From Octopus vulgaris (lineage: Eukaryota), in assembly GCA_951406725.2 (NCBI GenBank), contig OX597831.1:19530001-19594000 (forward strand): a DNA stretch of 64,000 nucleotides, written 5' to 3'. The notes under the pieces are model-generated. The model saw only the letters and a program-made list of their open reading frames with translations, was not told the DNA's origin and ran no database searches. Each line of letters opens with the position of its first letter. Within the stretch, counting starts at the first letter, position 1. Positions 28,637 to 42,563 of this stretch are shown one piece after another. Both the position numbers and the translations under genes were made by a program.

Positions 28637-29628
28637 GCACACACACACACACACACACAAACACACACAAACACATATATATGTGTGTGTATGTATATTG
28701 ATTTAGGCGCAACAGAATATGTCTTCTCTTGCTACCACAATGTCATCTCAGGTTGAAACAAATAAAGATTAATACGTTTATGTTTGAATAATGTGGCTAC
28801 GTCTTAAGAAGAGTGCTTCTCAACCACATAGTACCGTGTTCGCCCCCACCCCCCACCCTGCGTGGCACCTTGGCATGTGACTTTAACTATAGCCACGGGC
28901 TGACCAAAGCCTTGTGAGTGGATGTGGTAATTTCGCAAACGGAAACTGAAAGAAGTCCATCGTATCTTTAGACAGACAAACACAGAGAATGAGAGATAAA
29001 GAAATGAGAGAGTAAGAGAGAGGGGTTAAATTTATTAATTGAATACGACCGACATAAAATCTTCCCCCATCGTCCGAATACATAAAAAGAAATGCGCTCA
29101 CACACACATAACAGAGAAAGAATGAGGAATAGGTGTTTAGGAGTAAGAAAACAAGAGAGTGAGATAATAAAATAATTCGGTGTCGAATCAGCGACGCCAA
29201 TTGAGTGGTGCCAAAAGGGCTGCGATGAGTCGTCTTATTTTCATACCACCCAGTTTTCGGGAAGAAATTCAAGCACTTTAGTGCGTTCTTCACTCTCAAA
29301 GACATACTACACGATCGCTTTCTGTTTTTCAGCTATTTCCATTTCTGCCAAAACGGGTTGGATTCCAAATCCGATTGCTTTAGATATATTTACACCATTT
29401 TCAATCTGAAGACTTTATCTGCTGGCAATATGTCGTCGGCATCAGCTCACTTGTTTGGCAAGAGACCTAATTGTTTCCTTTCACTCCCATTGAACTCCTT
29501 GTGTTCGCCATTGTAATTATCACAACCTCCATATTTGACCGGACCCTGCCAGCTCCGACTAAACAGCTTCATTCATGCTCCATTTCCTTCCTGTAAAATG
29601 CACACACTATTGGCGGAATTGTAATAAG

Positions 29629-29675
<47 letters not shown>

Positions 29676-29761
29676 TGTGTGGATATACATGTATGTGTAT
29701 ATATGTATGAGACTGTGTGTGTGTGTGTGTGTTGTCTGTGGGGGGTGTATGTATATCTTGT

Positions 29762-29804
<43 letters not shown>

Positions 29805-30006
29805 TGTGTGCTTGAGGTGGTTCCATTATTCATGTCGAGGAAATTAATTCTTGTCATTTTGGAATCTCTTAGCTTCTGGCTCTACTGAATTTTGTAAACA
29901 TATATTATATTTGTCTAAGAGTGGTGAGATATGATTGGATGCCGGCGTGTATGCGTGTAAGTAAACTCATACATATATGTATGTACATATATATGTATGC
30001 ATGTAT

Positions 30007-30065
<59 letters not shown>

Positions 30066-30084
30066 TATATGTATACACACACAA

Positions 30085-30125
<41 letters not shown>

Positions 30126-30172
30126 GATATATGTATACACACACAGATATATATATATATATATATATTATA

Positions 30173-30206
<34 letters not shown>

Positions 30207-30278
30207 ACAGATGTATGTATACACACACAGATATATATATATATATATATATACACAGATATATGTATACACACACAG

Positions 30279-30313
<35 letters not shown>

Positions 30314-30332
30314 GATATATGTATACACACAC

Positions 30333-30429
<97 letters not shown>

Positions 30430-32546
30430 GATATATGTATACACAAACAGATATATATATATATGCATATATACATATATGTGTAAAAAGGCAGTTAGTT
30501 ATATGCTTATATAACGCTATGCAATCACGTATGCACGAATTTTGTGATCGATAAACTGTTGGATAAATGGGAAGGTTGGTAGTTAGGGAGGTAGACAGGT
30601 AGGTAGACAGGTAGGTAGGTACTTTGAGATATATTCATCGGTATTTAAGTAGGCAGGGGTAAGATGTATAGATATATATGTTTGTAGGTAGTTAGATAGG
30701 TATATACGCAGAATGTTGATATGCGGATGTAAGATATGGAGGGAGACAGAGAGATAAGCGTAGAGATATATTGTTCGGTAGCTAGATAAATATAGACATA
30801 CCTTCATCACAATGTATGCATGAACGCACAAATGTATGGAACAATAAAAGGATGAATACGTGGGCAGGTAGATAGATAGAAATGAAATCACGTGTGTGTG
30901 TTTGTCTTTGTCTTTATTGCCATTTTCATTTCTCATTTCTGCCATATCGGTTTAATAGCGCTAGCCTCCTTTCTCAATATATTACTATTGTTTGCCAGTT
31001 GCCATGTTTTCTTACTGCAGTTTTATTTTGTCATTTTTCTATAATTGCAAACATCTTATATCCCTTATTGATATTATAATGTTTTAAGACTTTGCCTGCT
31101 CAATAAATATGTATCTCCTGGGGGCTAAGCATTTTATAATGTCAATATAGCAACTTTTCCTCTATTTCCTCATTAACTATCGTTTTCGTCATCAGTTATA
31201 TATATATATCTAGAGCAGGTACGAATGTGAGATTATCAGGTTCAATCCCATTGCGTGTCAGCTTGTTTTGATTGTCTTCTACTAAAGGAAAGTTTCCAGC
31301 TGATAACTACTTAGTGAGTCACCAATACTTGAGAAATGGTGAACAGTGTTGAAGCCATACGTATATACATATATACTGCTATTTTATTGCCGAACCGCTA
31401 ATTTAAATTTAGGGAGACGAAAAGGGATTACCCGATTGGCAAACAGCGGAAAACCGCGTTCAAGAGTTTAGATCGACAAATCTATCCCAGCTCTTTCTTG
31501 CTCTTGCTTTTTCTCTTTTGTTTCTTTTCATGGGCTGCTTTCTGTCGCTGACTTTTGTCGAACTGGCAAGTTACGGGGATGTAAATCAGCCAATGCTATT
31601 TGTCCAGCGGTGTGTGACTAACACAAAGACAAACGTATCAAGACAATATAAAATAGCTGCCCTTAAAACGGTTTTTGAGGATTTACAGAGAATACCGAAC
31701 TGACTTGCACAGGATCTTGTTTTTAGGAATTCCCAATAAGTTATGAATGCCTAAAGTGTGATGTAAGTTATGTAGTAACATGAAATTAGTTACCCGATAA
31801 TAAGAATTCAAATAAAGTATCCCCGAAAAGGGCTTTAATACGTTCCCAGAGTATATAGAACTTGACAGGAAATATTAATAAGATATGTATACTAAAATTG
31901 TGAAGCATATTACGTAATAACAAGCTAAGATATAAGATAATAACAATTCAACGTAAATAGCTCTTTTGTGCGTTCTTACAGAATATTACCCTCAACGGCA
32001 CTAGTGTTCGTATATTCGTGAATAAGTCACTAACCAAAATAAGTGGATCTATTGTTTAGTAAAATACTTTTTTGCTTGTTTAAGGGTTGTACTGGATAAA
32101 TTGCGAAAATAACTCTAACGTTTAAATACTAAGCAATAAGCATACTCAATTTGTTTTATACCGAATGATTTAGGAATATGAACGAGTTATTTCCCATGGC
32201 TGTTGAAATGAAATATGTTAGATATATAAGGATCCCTCCCAGAGGGATTTTTATCTAATTTTTCAATAATCTGAGTATGCCACGAGGTTCCCAAACATAA
32301 GTTCCACTCGCATGTCAAGTTTCATCAAATTCGATAAAACGATGTAGGAGGAGTTCACTAACAACTCCACAAACAGAATTTCTCACACACGCAGTGAATA
32401 TATATATGACAGGCATCTTGCAGTTTTCGTTTACCAGATACACTCGTGACTATAATAGAAGACACATGTCCAAGGTGGGACTGAATATGGAATCATGTTA
32501 GGGAACCAAACTTCTCAAAGAACAACCACGCCTGTGCCTCATATAC

Positions 32547-32585
<39 letters not shown>

Positions 32586-32619
32586 ACTGATACAAGTAAA
32601 AGAGTAATATATATATATA

Positions 32620-32807
32620 TATCTTTTACTCTTTTACTTGTTTCACCGCCTATAGTCGAGCAAACTGACTCCAGGAAATATTCTTTGTAAGCCTAGTATT
32701 TATTCTGTTAGTCTCTTTTGCCAAATCGCTAAGTTATGGAGACATAAATACACCACCATCGGTTGTCAAGCGATGGTGGGGGTACAAACACAAACATACA
32801 AGCATAT

Positions 32808-32853
<46 letters not shown>

Positions 32854-33000
32854 CATATGCGACGGGCTTTTTCTGTCTACCAAATCCACTCGCGAGGCAA
32901 TAGTAGAAGACACTTGCCCAAGGTGCCACGCAGTGGGAATGAACCTTGAACCATGTGGTTGGTAAGCAAGCTACTTACCTCACATCTACTCCTGCGTCTA
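32620..33000 (-). mobile_element. SINE family 2 (tRNA-derived head, Octopus-type)
   Basis: Minus strand GTAAGTAGCTTGCTTACCAACCACATGGTTCAAGGTTCATTCCCACTGCGTGGCACCTTGGGCAAGTGTCTTCTAC. Further copies at 28790-28965+, 34920-35020-, 38467-38845+, 51590-52000+, 52085-52490- and 63185-63370-. Confidence 0.8.
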
Positions 33001-33661
33001 TATATACATGTGTGTGTATTTATATATATGTATATATGTGTGTGTTTGTGTGTGTGCTTACATATGTATGTATGTATGTGACTGTGTGTGGGGGGGAGTT
33101 CCATGCAATGATAACATATTCTTAGTTCGATCCTGCTGAACAATATTTTAGTAAAGATTTCTTTCCCATAAACTTAGATAAAAATCAACTCATGAGTTCA
33201 GTCCTGCAGATGGAAAATGTGAACAAATCCATTAGTTGGACTGTAGCTGTGCTCTGTTTATTGACGTTATCAGTTGCCTGGCTTAAAAACACTACTTACC
33301 TCTTGGATAACAGAATCAGAAATACGATTCAAGCAATCTCAGATTGATCATGTCTCCGTGTCACTAATCATGTTACATAAACTTTTGCTGCAAAAGCGGA
33401 AATACGATGTTATGGTATAAAGCACAAATCCGGGTGCATAAATATACATACACACATACGTGCATACATATATACATACATAGTGGTACGCACGTAACAC
33501 GCGTACACTTACATTGGTGAATACGTATTCATATCGTCATACATGTACAAGTCATACCTCACTACAAAGGGTTTATATGTGGAGATAATTTTGTGCGTGT
33601 ATTACCGTATGTGAGGAGTGTAGAAACATATATAAGTCTATATATATATGTGTGTGTGTGT

Positions 33662-33696
<35 letters not shown>

Positions 33697-33851
33697 CATA
33701 CATACATACATATGTATGTATATACATATATATATATATATGATTATATATATATATATATATATATATAAATTCTATATATGTATATTATATGTATATA
33801 TATATATGTATGTGTGAATATACATGTATACACACACACACATATATATAT

Positions 33852-33925
<74 letters not shown>

Positions 33926-34541
33926 ACGTGCATACATGTACACGCACAGCATATGGCTGTATTTGTGTATTATATTGCATTAATGCGCAGTGATTCAAGA
34001 CAAATGACGGCTACTCCAGGAAAACAATCCTGGGGCCAATCACAAGACACCTTGCACATGATGTGGCTATTATGTACCAGCTATGAAGTCATAAAACCAA
34101 GGCATCTCACCGGGTTTCCGATGCCTATTAGCTGTCCTATAGACAAGTAATAATCCCAATGATAATTTTGCTTAACAATCATTTACGTAAACGTCATTAA
34201 TCTCTTTTAGCTCCACCTTCTCCTCCTCCTTCTCCTCGTAATTATCATCATATGGTCATCATCAGCATCTTGCTCATCGTCTTCATCCTCGTCGTCCTCA
34301 TCACGTATGTCATAATAAACTATGGCTGCTATACTGGAAACTATCACCATCGTTTTCCTGATCGTCATCACGCATCATCGCTGCTACCACCGCCAGCATC
34401 TCCATTGCAAATATACCACTGACATAGACAACCTCCTTTCCATCCTCCACTCACTGTCGTCATCGCCGTCATAATCATCACAGCCAGCGTCATCATCACC
34501 GCCGTCACCTTCCCCAGGCAGGTCATCATCGTCATTTTTCT

Positions 34542-34624
<83 letters not shown>

Positions 34625-35131
34625 TAGATAGATATACACACATATATACATGGGTGTGTATGTGTTGTGCAAATGTGTATACTACATATATGTGCGTATA
34701 CAAAGACATGCATATGTATGTCTGTACGTATATATACATATATATATATATAGCATGCGTATATATACATACATACATCCATACATATACACATACATAC
34801 ATACACATATATATATATGCGTGTGTGTGTGTCTATATATATATATATATATACGCGGAGTAGACGAAAGAGGAACAACTGAAGAAGGGGAATATTCCTT
34901 GTGCTGTATGTCTTGTACTCAGTAGAAGACTCCTGCCCAAGGTGCCACGCAGTGGGACTGAACCCGGAATCATGTGGTTGGTAAGTAAGTTACTTACCAC
35001 ACAGCCACTCTTACGCCTATTATATATATGTGTATATATATATATATATATACATACATACATACATACATACATACATACATACATACATACATACATA
35101 CATACATACATACATACATACGTATATATAT

Positions 35132-35720
35132 ATATTGGGTTGGCAAATAAGTTCCGGCCTTTTTAATTATAATTTTTTACAAGGTTTAATAAACACTAAC
35201 AACTAATTAATCAATAATGTATTCGCTCTTGTTGTTTACAACTTCTTCCCAAAGTTCAACAAGATTTTCAATACCTCGTTGGTAGAAATCACACGATTTC
35301 GACTCGAAAAATTGATCCAACGAAACTCTCAATTTTGCATCAGTATTGAATGAGACTCCGCGCATAGCATTTGAAAGAGATTGAAAGAGTTGGAAATCCG
35401 TTGGTGCCAAATGAGGAGAGTACGGATGGATGTGGCAGCACTTCCCAGCCATGCGTTGGAATGGCTTCCTTGGTCATATTAGCGATATGAGGGCGAGCGT
35501 TGTCGTGCTTCAGAAGAACTCCATGCTGCTGATTAGGTATTTTCTCTTGAATAGCCGTGTTGAGTTGTTCCATTTGTTAAACATAGAGTTCCACGTTGAC
35601 CGTTTGGTTCCATTCAAGCAATTCGTAATGGATAATCCCTACCCAGTCCCACTATACGCACAACATTGTTTTACGCGGATGAAGTTCTTGTTTCACGCGT
35701 GGTGTCGCTTGTTCAGCGGA
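35132..35720 (-). mobile_element. Mariner (DD34D) transposon, 3' half with terminal inverted repeat; frameshifted
   Basis: HDNARPH, GWEVLPHP, YSPHLAPTDFQLF and FYQRGIENLVELWEEVVNNKSEY motifs. Terminus TATTGGGTTGGCAAATAAGTTC at 35132 lies in a TA context. Confidence 0.9.
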
Positions 35721-36922
35721 ACTTAGATCGACCCAAGTACGCAACTGGTACTTTATTTGTCGATTCCGAAAGGTTGAAAAACAAAGTCGACCTCGACAGA
35801 ATTTGAACTCAGAACGTAAAGACGGACGAAATACGGCTAGACATTTCGCCCGGCTTACTAACGTTTAACTTACACGTATTAAATCAAAGAAAATTTATTC
35901 GTAACTTTTATGTTGATAAATTACGTGTAACCTCGTTTGTTACTTATTTTTTCATCACTGATCAAAGATAACACGATACATCCAATTGTGAACAAGTTTA
36001 CGCTCCTCCTATATTGATCTGTGAGTACACATATATTGGGGATCAGTCGGTGATTCTGCTAAAACAACAAAGCGTGTCCCAACAATCACACTCACAATGT
36101 GCAACTGCCCAGAATTCACTGTTTATCGCCTTTTTTTAAGATCGTACTGCGAGGCAGTATATTTTTTTTATATATGGATGTATGTATTAGTACCTATCAA
36201 CGTAACACCAGAGAAAGTGCGAAAACACCTGATCCTAACAAACGATACTGATGAGTGTATTCTAAATAGAAAATATAGAGAGAATAAAGAAAATACAAGA
36301 CGATGGAAGTGTCGCTGCTGAGAACTGTGACCTTGGTGTCAATGAATTTATTATTCGTTCCATTTACAAACTGCATACAGATGGCTCGTTTATCATTGAT
36401 ATAATTACCACTGCGTTGTTTGAAACTCCCTTGATAAACGAGAATAAATACAGCAGGTGCTTGCTTAGACTGAACTATTCCGACGTGCAAAAACATAGCT
36501 GAAATTTGTTTGCAAAATTGGCCATATCGTTTTTGTATTTAAACAAGCAACATAATTAGAAAAATTAATTTTATTTTTTTGAAATTTAAATGGCATTTGA
36601 GTGAGATACCGTTTAAAATATTGTTTTTGTTTATTTATTTACCTATGTTTTGGTTCTTTCCAACGAAAAGTTGATATTTCAAATAATTCAGATATATTTG
36701 TATTGCATTTATTAGGAATGCACCTCTCTGTTTCAAATCTATGTCTAGTTTGTTATTGCTGAACTCCTTTGTTTTATTTTCAATTGAGCAAAGAGATTCT
36801 TTCTTTAATGTAGCCAGAGAGCTGAGAGAACCAGAGCAAAATCGAGATTGTAACAGTGATGCAGCTACAAGTCAAAAGAATATGCATGTGTGTGAATGTA
36901 GCTTTGCGTGTATGTATGTATG

Positions 36923-36969
<47 letters not shown>

Positions 36970-37446
36970 GGTGGTGGTGGTGTTACGATTGACTCCTATT
37001 TCCTTTCTGTCTAAAGCATTAAGAGTTCGTTAACGCTGCTATTCAGGATTACGGTCAACACCTTTGGAGACGACGAGGAATGGGCCGACCACGACGATAA
37101 TGATGACGATGATATAAACGATCAGAAACAAGAGAAAGCGATTAACGATGATGATGATATTCAGGAGAGTGACGGAGGAGGAGGAGAAGGAAGAGGTGGC
37201 GCAATAGGAGGGAAAAGGAAGTGAAAGCTGGTAGTGAGATTTCATTTCTTTTTCGAGTACATGGCCCTTGATATTGCCGATGATAGATTTCAAGTTGTCC
37301 ATTACTTCATGTTTCTGACAGCAAAACTAATGAAACGCCAAGATTCTTAATGACTTCATCCAAACACAAAATCCTACAGACATACACACACACACACATA
37401 CAGATACATATTACTTATATGTACGTGTGTTCTAGGTCGTGTGTTC

Positions 37447-37498
<52 letters not shown>

Positions 37499-37521
37499 CA
37501 CACACACACACACACACAGAG

Positions 37522-37649
<128 letters not shown>

Positions 37650-37877
37650 AGAGAGAGAGACATTCACGTACATATGTACGTGCAGATATTCATACATTTT
37701 TATTATATGTATGTATGCATAGATAGATCGATAGATAGATAAAATAATAGATACGAAGATGATATATGTACGTTTAAGGCATATATATATATACATCACA
37801 ACCTTAGATTTTTAACTAATTCTGAAAATGTGCCTTATACATATATACATGCATACATACATACATACATACATACA

Positions 37878-37940
<63 letters not shown>

Positions 37941-38417
37941 CTTTATGCACATACATTCAGACACTTACACGCACAGACATTGAATATGAACTAATCACAT
38001 CCTCTTTACTCTTTCAGGCTTGATGTGAAGGACGGTCTGTTTACCAGAAACACTGACAGCTCCTCTCCGGTGAATAAATCAAGACTAAATGAAGAACTGT
38101 TCATACACACGCACACACACACACACACACAGACACACACACGCGCGCACACACACAAACACACACACACACACACACACATATCTACAGCTAACACATG
38201 CATACATCCACATGAACTCAGACATGACGACACACAATAACTCGTAATTATAGAGAAGCTTGCATATGACCCGCGGTACGTCGTCGATGTCATTCACAGC
38301 CGGGTCAGAGATATTTACTATTCGAGCCCGACGAGTGCTAAGACAATGCTATCTTATTTTATGTGTGTGGGTGGAAATACACACACACATATATATAAAT
38401 GTACATATGCATATATA

Positions 38418-38448
<31 letters not shown>

Positions 38449-38466
38449 GATTGGTGGTGGTGGTTG

Positions 38467-38845
38467 TGGTGGCTGTTGTCGTAAGTAGCTTGGTTACCAG
38501 CCTCATGGTTTCGGTTTCATTCCCACTGCGTGGCACCTTGGGCTTGTACTATAGCCTCGGGCCGACCAGAAGCCTTATGTGTGGATTTGGTAGACGTAAA
38601 CTGAAAGAAGCCCGTCGTATATATATGTATATATATATTTATGTGTGTGTCTGTGTTTGTCTCCTTAACATCGCTTGACAATCGATGGTGGTGTGTTTAC
38701 GTCCCCGTAACTAAGCGTTCGGCAAAATGACCGAAAGAATAAGTACTAGGCATCCAACGAATAAGTCCTGGGGTCGATTTTCCCGACTAAAGGCAGTGCT
38801 CCAGCATAGCCGCAGTCAAATGGCTGAAACAAGTAAAAGATTAAA
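38467..38845 (+). mobile_element. SINE family 2, near full-length copy
   Basis: GTAAGTAGCTTG..CCCACTGCGTGGCACCTTGGG..GGATTTGGTAGACG.AAACTGAAAGAAGCCCGTCG..GAAACAAGTAAAAGA tail. Confidence 0.8.
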
Positions 38846-39547
38846 TAGAGTAATAATAATAATTATAATTATCATTATTATCATTACTGGGTGAGAGAGC
38901 AATCCATGCCATCAAAGTGAACCTGGAGTACAAATATACGAAGCCCAAGCAGGACTACCTCTCTGATAAGGGTACCCCAGGCACATGCAACATAAACAAT
39001 TGTGCATGGCATGGTGATCCAGTGTCAAGCCTAACAGCGCATGACCTTGCAGTAGGGGTCCAGTTAGAATTTTCTTCAGTTCGAGTAGCCTCTCCAGTTC
39101 AAAAGGTCCCTGAATAAGGTCTGCTTAAGGATGGTGAACACTCGTGTTTCTAGAGGTGAATTAGTCTAATCCCCAAAAATGGTGCTCCATTACTCTTGTT
39201 CGTGATCAGAGATGCGCACGTCGTCAGCCATTAAGCGACATAACTTGCAGATTCAAATGCTACAAGCTAAAATCCCCACATACTGGACAAAATGATGCTT
39301 ATGGGTCCTCTTAGGAGAGAATGTGCGTCTTTAAGGAGCCTTTTTCTCAGGGGCATTATTCCTCACCAGCTTTCAACAATGGGATGTGGGCCCCACTTGT
39401 TAGATCATCAGGGTACCAGGCTTTATTCAATAAACTTGTGGTAACTGCTCAACGGCCCATTTTCTATGTATGTATGTATTTATCTATACATTATGCGCAA
39501 TACATATGCATTTTCTTCGTTATCTCTCCATATTTTCCCTGTCAATC

Positions 39548-39583
39548 CCTTCTGTCGAAGAGAGTAGGCTCGAAATGTCAAGG
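39548..39583 (+). ncRNA. Minimal hammerhead-like motif, family C variant (CTGTCGA core)
   Basis: CCTT-CTGTCGA-A-GAG-AGTAGG-CTC-GAAATGTC-AAGG. Confidence 0.45.
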
Positions 39584-40316
39584 TCTATTCCATTCTTCCA
39601 GAATTTTACTCTAATACAACTGCTTGTTTTTCCTACTCCTGTCTTCATCTTGTGTTTTATGTAAATTTGAACTATATATGTGTGAGTGTGTGTTGATCTG
39701 CGATTACACGAGTCGTATATGACTCGTACCCATGGGGCTATGCATTGGAACTGAACGCAGGACACTGGCTGGGAAGCAAACTTCTTACCACCCAGCTTTT
39801 GCCATGCGTATATGCGAGTACGTGTGCAGACAGATATATCTATATACACGTACACACGGACCATATATTTGTCCTGTGTGTGTGCGTATATGCACAGGTG
39901 TGTGTGTATGTGTATGTGTGTGTGTGTGCACGCATTAGTAACACCTTGAGAGAGTCTGTCCTCAAAGTTACTTACCTGTAGTAGAGTAGTTATATGATTA
40001 AAGGAGCTACGAATATCGACGAAAGGACATTGCCGAACGCAACTGATTTATAAATATACCGTATTTTAAAAATAAATTAGTCAAAGATTCGATTAACTCG
40101 TTGGTTCGATATCTAATCAACTGGCATTTATTGGAGAAGGGAAATTGAAACCGTCGTGTTATTACGATTTGCATAATACATTCCCGAGATACACGAGTCA
40201 CCCCCCCCCCTAGTGCCTCGTTTTATTTACATCCTGTAGGTATTCGGTTGTCCCTTTGGTCGAGCCAACAAGGTACCTAGATGTAAATATACCGATAGAC
40301 AAATACAAACATAAAT

Positions 40317-40347
<31 letters not shown>

Positions 40348-40348
40348 A

Positions 40349-40415
<67 letters not shown>

Positions 40416-40538
40416 GATATGTAGAAAAATACAAACTGAGACAAGAACGCATAAAAACTTAGAAGACGATACAACAAACACAGACAGGGCATTCGAAGCC
40501 CTCAGTCTTCAGTCAAGAACCGGATCATCGTAGTAATT

Positions 40539-40569
<31 letters not shown>

Positions 40570-40572
<3 letters not shown>

Positions 40573-40767
40573 GGTCCCGGGTTGATTCGGGGTTAACCAC
40601 AGTAAATAAGGTACTCAATACATAGCAGAGTAAAATTAATTTATTATATAGAAGGAGCTTCTACAGGACTAGAACTGTTTCATTCAAGAGAAATCTTCAG
40701 GAGCTTCCTGAAGATTTCTCTTGAATGAAACAGTTCTAGTCCTGTAGAAGCTCCTTCTATATAATAA

Positions 40768-40769
<2 letters not shown>
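40570..40769. repeat. Family A PLE terminus folded into a back-to-back palindrome containing two HHRs
   Basis: 40570-40706 matches 1857-1992; 40700-40769 is its reverse complement. Confidence 0.9.
40700..40754 (+). ncRNA. Type I hammerhead ribozyme, family A (CUGAAGA core); antisense partner at 40656-40706
   Basis: GGAGCTTC-CTGAAGA-TTTCTCTTGAAT-GAAAC-AGTTCTAGTCCT-GTA-GAAGCTCC, with an 8-bp stem I. Confidence 0.85.
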
Positions 40770-40862
<93 letters not shown>

Positions 40863-40892
40863 CGTGTGTGAGTGTGTGTGTATGTATAAAAG

Positions 40893-41456
40893 ATTAATCA
40901 AAGGACATACTAGGTACTTGAAATAACAGTCAAAACTCTTATTAAATCGGCAATAAATACACCGATGAAAACTACAGAAATCAAACGAAGGTAAAATCAG
41001 GTTAAGACAATCTACTAACATACATTTAAGTATTTGGACTCGCGTGGATCGATTTCTGCATTGGTAAAATAAAACCTTAGCTTCTTCAGCGACTGATACC
41101 ATGATTAGAGACTCCCAACCTATCGCTTCGAAGTCTCTGCTGCAACTGATTCGTTTCACGCCGAAATCATAACACCGGCGGGAAACGAATCAGTTGCAGC
41201 AGAGACTTTGAAGCGATGGGTTGGCAGTCTCTAATCATGGTATCAGTCGCTGAAGAAGCTAAGGTTTTATTTTACCAATGCAGAAATCGATCCACGCGAG
41301 TCCAAATACTTAAATGTATGTTAGTAGATTGTCTTAACCTGATTTTACCTTCGTTTGATTTCTGTAGTTTTCCTCGGTGTATTTATTGCCGATTTAATAA
41401 GAGTTTTGACTGTTATTTCAAGCATGTTGACATACCTAGTATGTCCTTTGATTAAT
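40893..41456. repeat. Near-perfect palindrome with ~270-bp arms and a ~12-bp loop; each arm carries an HHR-like motif (family H)
   Basis: ORFs 40680..41159- and 41216..41455+ share the same peptide. GTCG-CTGAAGA-AGC..GCA-GAAA-TCGA-TC-CAC at 41246-41295+ and 41044-41093-. Confidence 0.88.
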
Positions 41457-42531
41457 TTTAACCCCCCGGCTATCTAATGCTATTTTCGGCCTGCTATCGC
41501 CTGTGTCATTGATTCTGTTATTATCATTTTTTAAATTGTTACATTGGATAATAATAGAATTAATGACACCTCTCTAAATTAATTTTGGGTATATACATAT
41601 ATATATATATAGAGAGAGAGAGAGGGGGGGAGGGGGGGGAGAGAAAAGATACATACACAGGCAGACAGACAAGTAGATAGATAGAAAAACGTATGCACAC
41701 AGACTAGAAACATTGCACACACACACACACACACACACAGATGAATACATATATACAGCCACACACGCATCGCTTATATATTTATCGAGAGAAAGAGAAA
41801 GAGAAAGACAGACAGAGACAGAGAGAGTGAGAGACAAAGAGAGTGAGAGAGTAATCCGAAAAATGCATACATACGTACGTACTTGTATCCCTCCATCCAT
41901 CCATACATACATACATACAATATACATACATATATACATACCCTGTTGTTGATGTTGAAATTCCAATGACGGAGAGTTGGATCTAGGTTAGAAACCGGTT
42001 CTTTCCCTATTGGTAAGAAATCTTGAAATAAACTTATTAATGACATACATACGCACGTACGTAGATATATATATTATATATAATTTTGTATTCTATAAGG
42101 ATTATAGGTGATTATGGGATTATGAAAAAACGTTGCAGCGAATTGACTTAAAACATCCAAAGATGCGGTATTCGAGTAAGCTATTTACTGCTATTTAAGA
42201 ATGAAAAATATGGTATATGCAATATAATTCTTTTTTTAGAACTTCCTGCAGAATTTTGTCATGTAACTTTATCCGAAGATCACGCAATCCAACCAATTTA
42301 CGAAAAGTGACCCATAGACGTAACATCATGTGACAGGAAACAGACTCAGGCTATTAAAGTTTCATATCAATGATAGCCGGAAGTTAGATCTGTTCATCGT
42401 TGACATCATGACATCATGTTACATAGACACATAATAAATATAGAATTTATGTATTCCAATGAATAGGTTTCTTTATATATGTATATGTGCATGTATACAC
42501 ACACACACACACGCACACATACATACACATA

Positions 42532-42563
<32 letters not shown>

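Noticed and set aside
36245-36280. CTGATGA..GAAA as a hammerhead
   Set aside because: No stem II pairing adjacent to the core and no stem III/NUH.
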